The position numbers and the translations under genes are program-made. The notes beneath the pieces are model-generated. The model was not told where the DNA came from. It searched no databases and saw only the letters and a list, made by a program, of their open reading frames with translations. A stretch of DNA of 64,000 bases, from positions 8,713 through 72,712 of the forward strand of contig CAYMYI010000001.1 in the NCBI GenBank assembly GCA_964394585.1, given 5' to 3'. Positions 27,454 to 35,082 of the stretch are shown here, one piece after another. This stretch comes from an uncultured Roseobacteraceae bacterium. GTDB lineage: Bacteria; Bacteroidota; Bacteroidia; Cytophagales; Flammeovirgaceae. Each line of letters opens with the position of its first letter. The stretch's first letter is position 1.

Positions 27454-27956
27454 AGAATAAAAACGATTACATAAACAGCAATTTTATACGTGTATTTGTG
27501 GTTAAAATCGAAGGTACTTGGACTTTCAATATAGTTGATTCCCAATAAAATCACTCTTATGATATTAGCTATATAAATTAGTAGCAACCCGAAAAGTAAA
27601 TACCATATTTTAGTGTTGGCTTTACCCGGAAAAATGAGTAAAAAGCCGATAAATAATACCATAATTTCTAACCCGTTGCAGGCATTGCCAATACCCACAC
27701 TTTGCACCCCATCAATGTATAAAATAGTGCCACTCAGTGCGGGTTCAAGCTTATGCTGATAGCTTTCGTAATAGGAATCCACCCCCAACCAATTCAATGC
27801 GGTTGTAGCTCCTTCGCTTACTAAGTAAGTTAAAGGTAAATCAATTACTCCACTAGGTTCTAGCATCATTGAATAAACAATCTGCCAAATGACTAGTAAA
27901 CCAATACCTTTTACCAAAAACTGCTGAAGTCGTGTAAGCTGGGCAAACCATTTCAT
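27390..27956 (-). CDS. xrtF: Exosortase family protein XrtF
   Basis: 188-aa polytopic protein carrying the exosortase catalytic motifs: Cys in GNACNGLEIM, Arg in ANIIRVILLG, His in FDFNHKY. Confidence 0.8.
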   Translation of the reverse strand: MKWFAQLTRLQQFLVKGIGLLVIWQIVYSMMLEPSGVIDLPLTYLVSEGATTALNWLGVDSYYESYQHKLEPALSGTILYIDGVQSVGIGNACNGLEIMVLFIGFLLIFPGKANTKIWYLLFGLLLIYIANIIRVILLGINYIESPSTFDFNHKYTYKIAVYVIVFILWVIWVEKLSGVKWEKSQNKT

Positions 27957-27966
27957 AGTATAAATT

Positions 27967-27995
27967 AGGGGCTATTTTTTGTGAAAATAGCCCCT
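27967..27995 (-). terminator. Perfect 12-bp hairpin between the mini-ORF and xrtF (putative attenuator or partial terminator)
   Basis: AGGGGCTATTTT (27967-27978) and AAAATAGCCCCT (27984-27995) pair around a 5-nt loop. On the minus strand it is followed by AATTTATACT and then the xrtF ATG. Confidence 0.5.
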
Positions 27996-28015
27996 GATAG
28001 AATAGTGCACAATTA

Positions 28016-28198
28016 TTATTTCTTCTTACTATATTTTGCAAAAGTTCGTACACCATACAATACCCCGACCAACAACAAACCCCATAACCCATCACTTAAT
28101 GGAACGGGTAAAGGTGCCGGTGCAGGCGGAAGGGGTTGCGCTGTAAGAATTGTCGGACTAACAATCATCACAGTAATAACCAATAACTTTTTCTTCAT
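28016..28198 (-). CDS. 60-aa secreted mini-protein with a PEP-CTERM-like C-terminal tail (candidate XrtF substrate)
   Basis: MKKKLLVITVMIVSPTILTAQ (signal peptide), PLPPAPAPLPVPLSDG (Pro-rich core), LWGLLLVGVLYGV (short hydrophobic helix), RTFAKYSKKK (basic tail). It has an ATG start and ends 59 bp upstream of xrtF on the same strand. A possible TTTG-N17-TAAATTTA promoter lies at 28268-28296. Confidence 0.5.
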   Translation of the reverse strand: MKKKLLVITVMIVSPTILTAQPLPPAPAPLPVPLSDGLWGLLLVGVLYGVRTFAKYSKKK

Positions 28199-28511
28199 CT
28201 TTCCGAGTGTTTATTTCGATATTGCTTCATCCATTTCTTAATAAAGCTCTATCGCGAGGCTCAACTTTAAATTTATAAATCTGCAATGTCGCCAAACTAT
28301 ACTCTACTAGTAGTTCATTATTTCTTACTTATTTCCGAATCTGGAAATTCCTCTGTAGAGGTAATCGCATTAGATAATTACTAAATTACATGTTTTATAA
28401 ATTTTTAAACAAAGAAAAAGCTTCTTGGAGGTTAAAAGGATATAATTTTCCATCCTTTCAGAATACCTTCATCATACCTAAGCGTCACGCGGCTCCTCAA
28501 GCATGGCTAAC

Positions 28512-29675
28512 TTACACCACCTCTCCGATGTAGGTGCTGCCATAGGTTCCTACACGATCCATCTGGTGGTAGTGCTTTCCTTTCTCGATATCAAACCGAA
28601 CGCGTTCTTTCACAAATTCTGGGAAAAAGTTAATCTCTGTAGCTGCTGAACGCATTAAAATTTTAGTGCCAGGTTTACTGTTTTCTAAAATGAGTTTCCA
28701 TTCTTCCTCTAAGGCTACTGGGTTATAATGGGCGAGCCAATCTTGGTGGTCTAGCAATACATAATGCGTGTATGCATCTGGCTTTTGCTGCAAAAATCCG
28801 CTGAACGAGGTAGTATGCACGTTGATCCGATCGATGGTATCTTGAAGCGTTTCGTAGTGGTCGGCTTTCAAATATTCAGGGCAGCTTTTCTTGGCATATT
28901 TCCCCATGATGTAGAGCCTCCAAAAGTAGTTGTCATGGATGGGCAGCTCTGTGAATACATGGCGCAGGTTATCTTTTAAATAACCAGCCATGCCTTGGGG
29001 ATATTTTTGCACAATCAGGTCGCGCTGCGCACGAGGCACGCCCAACATAGCCATGGTTACATGGCGGTTCATCACCCAAATGAGCAACTTACTCATTAGC
29101 TTCGGCTCTAAACGGTCGTACACCTCTCGCTGTTCCTCAGGGGTCTGACTGTTGATGAGTGCCGTTACCAGTTTGCGCAAATCTTTGTTCGAATTGAAAT
29201 ACTGCTTGAAAAGCCATGCGAAACTGCCGGAGGTTCCTTTAAAGTAAAACGTTTTTTGGTTGCCTTTTGGGTGGAAGAAGTCAGTTACTTTCTGGTCCCA
29301 ATAGCTTTGCGCTTCTTTAGAGAGTTGCTTCCGCAAGTGCTTGGCGTACAAAGCCCCGGCACTGTCGTTAGTACCCTTCCCAAACATTTTGAAGTGATGT
29401 TTGTAGTCGCCATGGCGGATGGTAGCTTTTTTGAGTTCTAGCAAGGCATTTTGGCGGTAGTTCATATCTACACAATGGATTGCCGAAGGCTTATCGAGCG
29501 AGTAGTCGAGGGCATTGCAACCCGCACTGGTAATCATGACTACTTTGCTATCAGGAGAAAAGTCAAGCAATTGGCGATCGACGCGCGGATCTTCCCAACA
29601 GGTATTATACACCAAATTGCTCATGTGAATTTTGGTAAACAGCCGATCACGCAGCTGGTTAATTCGCTTATTCAT
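28512..29675 (-). CDS. BtaA-like DUF3419 protein (SAM-dependent 3-amino-3-carboxypropyl transferase family)
   Basis: N-terminal YNTCWEDPRVDRQLL...VVMITSAGCNALDY is the family hallmark. 387 aa. Confidence 0.75.
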   Translation of the reverse strand: MNKRINQLRDRLFTKIHMSNLVYNTCWEDPRVDRQLLDFSPDSKVVMITSAGCNALDYSLDKPSAIHCVDMNYRQNALLELKKATIRHGDYKHHFKMFGKGTNDSAGALYAKHLRKQLSKEAQSYWDQKVTDFFHPKGNQKTFYFKGTSGSFAWLFKQYFNSNKDLRKLVTALINSQTPEEQREVYDRLEPKLMSKLLIWVMNRHVTMAMLGVPRAQRDLIVQKYPQGMAGYLKDNLRHVFTELPIHDNYFWRLYIMGKYAKKSCPEYLKADHYETLQDTIDRINVHTTSFSGFLQQKPDAYTHYVLLDHQDWLAHYNPVALEEEWKLILENSKPGTKILMRSAATEINFFPEFVKERVRFDIEKGKHYHQMDRVGTYGSTYIGEVV

Positions 29676-29871
29676 ACCACACAGATTTTCCGTAAAAATT
29701 TAACCACGAAGGTACAGCAGTTCTTTGGGGAATCGGGTTGCCAAGTTGCTAAGGAACTATTATCATTTTAAGAACATCCCATGGGTTTGCCCAAGAATCC
29801 TCTATTTTGCCGACTTATTCTACAATACCCGAGCGGAAACGCTTCCGAATCGGTGAATTCTCAACAGACTT

Positions 29872-31044
29872 ATGTGCGTTATGGCAACCCGTGTGTATTT
29901 ACAAGAGCAATTAGCATCGTTTCCTTGGTCTGCAACTCCCTTCTCTTCTTGTTTACAGAAGTTTTATGCTCCCCTCACTCAAATAGGGACGACACATTAC
30001 ATACAGAACTCTTCTCAATCGGTAGGTTTACTACCCGTAGAAGGGTATGCTATCCCTTTTAGTTATGCACCTTTCCCTCCTGCTCCGCAAAACTCATATC
30101 TTCTATCATTTCTTGCTCAATACTTCGATTACGCCCAAGAAGAAGTGCTGCAGAACGACAAGTACAGTGCATTGCAAAGGAACTTAGCGCGTTTTGCCGT
30201 AGGGGGTGTCCGGAAACTTTTTGAATGGTGGGGAATGGACAATGTGGTATTTATTAACAATCAACTTCTTTCTACCAATTTATATCCTGAAATTTCGCAG
30301 GAAGCTTGGTCTGAAGCGATCCGCGCTCTTCAAGCACAATTTCCCCACCGTGCTTTGGTGTTTCGCACACTCAACGAAATCACGAACGAACCGCTTATTC
30401 AGTTTTTAGCCGATTCGCACGGTGCCCACCGCATTACCTGCCGGCAAGTCTACATCTTACCGAAAGCATACGATGCCTACCGACGGAAACGTGCCTTCAT
30501 CCGCGACCAAAAACTGTGGGAAAAGGCCAACCGATTCCATTGGGTAAAAAAAGAAGTGTTTAGCGAAGAAGAACTCGAAACAATCTTACAGTATTACCAT
30601 ACCTTATATATAGATAAGTATTCTAAATTTAACCCGATTTATACGAAAGAAATGATTCGGCAAAGTGCCGCTAGTGGTTTGCTACATTATTACTTATTGC
30701 TCGAAAACGATACCCTCGCCTTGAAAGCCGTGCAAGCCGTTGCAAAAAGTAGCACCGAAATCACTACTCCTTTCATCGGGTACGACCCCAACGAGCCCCA
30801 AAACGCAGGGTTATATCGGTTCATGAACCTTCAACTCATGCAGCTCGCCCACGCCGAAGGGCTGCGTCTTAATATGAGCAGTGGGGCGGCAGAATTCAAG
30901 CGCCAACGCGGTGGGGAAGCTACGTTTGACAACCACATGGTCATTTGTCATCACCTCGCTCCAAGCAAACAAAAGCTTTGGCAGCTTATTGCCACAATTT
31001 CTGATAAATTTGTGCGTCCTACGTTCCAAAAAATGAAACTATGA
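29872..31044 (+). CDS. FemAB/CelD-like GNAT-fold acyl/aminoacyl transferase (family uncertain)
   Basis: C-terminal GLYRFMNLQLMQLAHAEGLRLNMSSGAAEFKRQRGGEA resembles the FemAB-like/DUF482 and CelD-type GNAT motif. The start could be ATG 29872 or 29881. Confidence 0.5.
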   Translation: MCVMATRVYLQEQLASFPWSATPFSSCLQKFYAPLTQIGTTHYIQNSSQSVGLLPVEGYAIPFSYAPFPPAPQNSYLLSFLAQYFDYAQEEVLQNDKYSALQRNLARFAVGGVRKLFEWWGMDNVVFINNQLLSTNLYPEISQEAWSEAIRALQAQFPHRALVFRTLNEITNEPLIQFLADSHGAHRITCRQVYILPKAYDAYRRKRAFIRDQKLWEKANRFHWVKKEVFSEEELETILQYYHTLYIDKYSKFNPIYTKEMIRQSAASGLLHYYLLLENDTLALKAVQAVAKSSTEITTPFIGYDPNEPQNAGLYRFMNLQLMQLAHAEGLRLNMSSGAAEFKRQRGGEATFDNHMVICHHLAPSKQKLWQLIATISDKFVRPTFQKMKL

Positions 31045-31694
31045 CTCCTATTTTAGAAGGAATTAAATATGGGTTTATCCTCGTGATTATGGTGGGGCCG
31101 TCTTTCTTTTATCTGATTCGAGTGAGTTTGATGAAAGGCTTTTCCTACGGAGTGGCATTTGCCTTGGGGATTCTCCTCACCGACTTTTTCTTTGTATTTG
31201 CGATTTTCTTCGGGCTTTCTAAGCTGTTTCAGAATATTGATTTTCAGATATACGCTAGTTTGATTGGGGGTATTGTATTGTTGTTTACCGGCATACAATA
31301 CTTGCGATCTTCGAAGCAGCACCAGGCTCAGCTCAACGATAATCCCGAAACGGCCACACTACATTTGGGCTGGTTAGGATATACTTTAAAAGGAATACTG
31401 ATCAACGGGCTTAACCCATTTACCATTATGCTTTGGGTAGGAATCTTAGCTTCGGTGATGACTCAGAAAAAATATGCTACAGAAGAATTTAGTGCATTTG
31501 CCATTGGCGTTTTAGGCACGGTAATCACTGCCGATGTCCTCAAAGCATTTTTAGCCAACCGAATCGCTAATATTCTCAACGAGCGCTTATTACGCTTAGC
31601 CGATCGCGTCTTAGGTATCATTTTCATGCTACTAAGCATTCGGTTTTTCTATTTCTTTGTGCAGCATTTGCAAGAAGGCTCTCTGCATTTTTAA
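31041..31694 (+). CDS. LysE-family amino-acid exporter
   Basis: Six-TM protein of 217 aa with LysE-like GPSFFYLI and NGLNPFTIMLWVGI. Its ATG overlaps the preceding stop (ATGA). Confidence 0.8.
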   Translation: MTPILEGIKYGFILVIMVGPSFFYLIRVSLMKGFSYGVAFALGILLTDFFFVFAIFFGLSKLFQNIDFQIYASLIGGIVLLFTGIQYLRSSKQHQAQLNDNPETATLHLGWLGYTLKGILINGLNPFTIMLWVGILASVMTQKKYATEEFSAFAIGVLGTVITADVLKAFLANRIANILNERLLRLADRVLGIIFMLLSIRFFYFFVQHLQEGSLHF

Positions 31695-32077
31695 AGGGGA
31701 AGAGTTCCCTCCTGCAAAATCCCTCCCTGTACCATTCTGAAAAATGTGGCGGTATTAATTCAGAATTCCTCTATGTAATGGGAACTGTTGTTTTGAGCAA
31801 GTCCCCATTTTAAAAACAATGTACAAATGAAGATTTTTTCGTAAAAAACTAACAATAAACCCCACTAGGGCAAGTTCCCATTTTATTTTGTGATAACTTT
31901 TAAAATTTCTTCTTGAAAAACGAAATGTTATCAGGAGTGTGCTCAAATGTTTGCATTTTAGGAAATGTTCAAACAAGAGGTGGATACCCTTCAAGGCTTT
32001 CACACTAGCCTAAACAATGCGGTGGTATTTTTTCAGGAACGTCCTTACTTGATTAAGCCCGAGTTTTAAAAAGATTT

Positions 32078-32893
32078 TCAAGACCTAACCCTCTCAAAAC
32101 CATTTGTTTTGAATACGGTAAGGTCGTGTAAAATCAGTATGGGTACTTTCGGACTTGCCGCAAATGCCATGGCGTGGTCGGTACGAAAGACCCGACTCAT
32201 AAAGCCATGTTTCCGCCGTACTAGAACCAATAAATCGTTATCCCCTTTTAAATCGAGGTAATATTGAATGCCTTTGCTAATGTTAGCACTATGTATCCGC
32301 TTGAAGGAGTATTTCACATTTTCAGAATCAAAGACATACTTTTCGCGGCGGCGCTCTAAATGTTCGGCAGGTGTCCCATGCTTATCGGTAGTTTTTACAT
32401 GGGCAATCCGTACCTCTGCCTCAAAGTGTTGTGCGAGGGCTACCAATATATCGAGGGCATCATCATTATCTAAAAATTGAAAATCGCTTGCCCACATAAT
32501 GTATTGGTAGGGCTGAAAATGCCATTTTTCAGGCAGCACCAGTACGGGAATGGTTGTAGAAGAAAGCACATCGGTAGTGTGGCTTGTGCCTAAAATCTTC
32601 CCCAACCCTTGCGCACCTTTTGTTCCCATTACCAAAAGCGCAACCGGATAATTTTCTTGGCAATGGGCTACAGCTGCTTCCAAACCTCCTTTAATGGCGA
32701 GTGTTTCGGTAATAGGGAGTTGATAGGTTTGAAAAAATGCGGCAAACGATTCTGCTACGTTTTCTTCGGATTCTGAAGCAGCATACGCATTCAAACAAAG
32801 CACTTTTCCTTGCAGTGCGTTTGCCAATGCCCAGGCATATTGTACAGCGTTCGCAGCTGTTGAGGAGAAATCGGTGGGGACTACTATGAGCAT
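32078..32893 (-). CDS. Tandem universal stress protein (UspA) domain protein
   Basis: Two Usp halves: LVMGTKGAQGLGKILGTSHT...PVLVLP and LLVLVRRKHGFMSRVF...VPILIL. Confidence 0.8.
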   Translation of the reverse strand: MLIVVPTDFSSTAANAVQYAWALANALQGKVLCLNAYAASESEENVAESFAAFFQTYQLPITETLAIKGGLEAAVAHCQENYPVALLVMGTKGAQGLGKILGTSHTTDVLSSTTIPVLVLPEKWHFQPYQYIMWASDFQFLDNDDALDILVALAQHFEAEVRIAHVKTTDKHGTPAEHLERRREKYVFDSENVKYSFKRIHSANISKGIQYYLDLKGDNDLLVLVRRKHGFMSRVFRTDHAMAFAASPKVPILILHDLTVFKTNGFERVRS

Positions 32894-32899
32894 AGCGTT

Positions 32900-34942
32900 T
32901 TAGCGTTGAGTGTTGGCTTGCTGAATGATGGCAACTGCATCTTCCGGCGTGTGTACAGGGAGCTGGCACGTGCGGTTGTAGCAAACATAAACCGTGGTTT
33001 TACCTGCAATCGCTTTGCGTCCTTTCAAAAGCTCTAAACTGTCATCTTCTTTTTCAGAAGCGATAATTACTTTATTCGGAATGTAGGTTTGGCGCATTTC
33101 AAGAGCCATAAAGGGAGATTTTCTACCCACAATCACTACCTCTGCGGTTTTTCCTGCCACCATGGTAGCCAAACTCGCCCAATTCGATACATATTCCATG
33201 TCTTTATACAACAGGCTGCTCACAGTTTGTAACATGGTTTTACTTTTGGCAATCCACTCACTGTTCCCTAGGGCAACGCCTAGCAGGTATAGGTTATGTG
33301 CCATGATAGAGTTAGAAGCCGGAATCACATTGTCAAATACTTCTTTCTTTCGGGCAATCAGTTGTGCCGCTTTCGCATCGGTGAAAAATAACAAGGGGTC
33401 TTTTTCATCGTGGAAGGCTTCGAGGGCATAGGAAGTAAGTTCTGTCGCTCGGAACAACCAATCTTTTTCAAAGCCGGCTTGGTATAGTTTGTAATACCCT
33501 TGAATGACCGCTGCGTAATCTTCTAAAAAACCCATTACGGAAGCTTTTCCGGCTTTGTAAGTATGCCAAAGCTGCCCGTTCGGTTCGGTCATGTGTTCGT
33601 CGATAAAGCGAGCAATTTGCTGTGCCGAAGCCAGATACGCCACCCTGCCGGTTGCCATGTATGCATCGGCAAAGGCTTGAATCATCAAGCCGTTCCACGA
33701 AGTAAGGATTTTATCGTCGAGCTGGGGGCGTATTCGTTCAGCACGGGTCGTCATCAAGACGGTTTTCCAATGAGCAATTTTTTCGTCGAGTTCGTCGTAG
33801 CTAATGCCTTGCTCTACTGCAAACGTTTCTTCATCTACTGATCGATAGAGAATATTTCTACCATGTTCCCAGTTTCCTTCGGGGTTTATGCCGTAATACT
33901 GTCGGAAAATCGGCAAGTCATCCTCAGCAATCAGCGATTGGAGTTCTTGGTATTCCCATGTGTAATATTTGCCTTCTACACCTTCGCTATCAGCGTCGAG
34001 CGCTGAGTAGCACCCCCCTTCGGGGCTCATCAGCTCTCTCACCACAAACGCTAGCGATTCTTCGATGACCTCCAAAAAGGCAAGGTCGCTGGTAAGTGTG
34101 TACGCATCGGTATATAGCGAAATCAGTTGGGCGTTGTCGTAGAGCATTTTTTCAAAATGGGGTGCAAACCATTCAGCATCCACAGAGTAGCGCGCAAAGC
34201 CCCCTCCGATTTGATCGTATATACCTCCAAATGCCATTTCGCGAAGCGTTTTTATCGCATGATGGAAGGCTTGCTCATTCCCCACAAAATCGTAGTACCG
34301 CAGCATGAAGCTATACAAGGTAGGCATGGGAAACTTAGGTGCTCGCTTCATTCCACCAAAGTTCGGGTCGAACTTTTGGGCTAACTTTTCAAACGCTTTG
34401 GAAAAGTCTGGGAAAGAGAACTCCCATTCGGTTTCCATACCGAACCGCTCATATTCAGATTGTTGCAATGCACGGGTTACCATTAAAGCCGATTCGTCGA
34501 GTTCATCGCGCCGCTCTCGGTAAACTTGCGCTATTTGGCGAAGCACACTTTCCCATTGGTTGGGGGGGAAATAGGTTCCTCCAAAGAATGGTTGTTGTTT
34601 TGAGGTAAGGAATACATTGAGCGGCCACCCTCCTTGGACACCCATCGCCTGCACGGCTTCCATATATACTTGGTCGATGTCGGGGCGCTCTTCTCGGTCT
34701 ACCTTGATACACACAAAGTACTGATTCATCAGCTGGGCGAGTTGTTCGTTTTCAAACGATTCTCGCTCCATCACATGGCACCAATGACATGCGGCATAGC
34801 CAATACTCAGTATAATGGGTTTATCTTCTTGCTTGGCTTTCTCCAGCGCCTCTGCCCCCCATGGATACCATTCTACAGGATTATGAGCATGTTGCAAAAG
34901 GTAAGGACTGCTTTCATTTGCCAATCGGTTTGTGTATTTCAT
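32900..34942 (-). CDS. Thioredoxin-domain protein (DUF255/YyaL, SPATA20-like) with a six-hairpin domain
   Basis: [18 protein letters not shown]...[17 protein letters not shown]-terminus. 680 aa. Confidence 0.9.
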   Translation of the reverse strand: MKYTNRLANESSPYLLQHAHNPVEWYPWGAEALEKAKQEDKPIILSIGYAACHWCHVMERESFENEQLAQLMNQYFVCIKVDREERPDIDQVYMEAVQAMGVQGGWPLNVFLTSKQQPFFGGTYFPPNQWESVLRQIAQVYRERRDELDESALMVTRALQQSEYERFGMETEWEFSFPDFSKAFEKLAQKFDPNFGGMKRAPKFPMPTLYSFMLRYYDFVGNEQAFHHAIKTLREMAFGGIYDQIGGGFARYSVDAEWFAPHFEKMLYDNAQLISLYTDAYTLTSDLAFLEVIEESLAFVVRELMSPEGGCYSALDADSEGVEGKYYTWEYQELQSLIAEDDLPIFRQYYGINPEGNWEHGRNILYRSVDEETFAVEQGISYDELDEKIAHWKTVLMTTRAERIRPQLDDKILTSWNGLMIQAFADAYMATGRVAYLASAQQIARFIDEHMTEPNGQLWHTYKAGKASVMGFLEDYAAVIQGYYKLYQAGFEKDWLFRATELTSYALEAFHDEKDPLLFFTDAKAAQLIARKKEVFDNVIPASNSIMAHNLYLLGVALGNSEWIAKSKTMLQTVSSLLYKDMEYVSNWASLATMVAGKTAEVVIVGRKSPFMALEMRQTYIPNKVIIASEKEDDSLELLKGRKAIAGKTTVYVCYNRTCQLPVHTPEDAVAIIQQANTQR

Positions 34943-35082
34943 AAAGTCATTCTTGTGCTGCCAAACACACTTACTATTTTTTCTGCTAATCTACAAGTTT
35001 ACCTAAAAATGTTGCTTTTTGCGTAAATTTATTGCATTTAATAAAGTACTCTTTGCCGCATTGGCTACATAATTCCGTCAAA

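Noticed and set aside
28512-29675. Annotating a complete betaine-lipid (DGTS) pathway.
   Set aside because: Only the BtaA-like gene is visible and no BtaB N-methyltransferase is in the window. The function is left at family level.
31755-32003. 82-aa minus-strand ORF in the lysE/usp spacer.
   Set aside because: The translation is low-complexity and Lys/Phe/Leu-rich, typical of AT-rich non-coding DNA. It has no family signature, and its position between two convergent 3' ends is odd.
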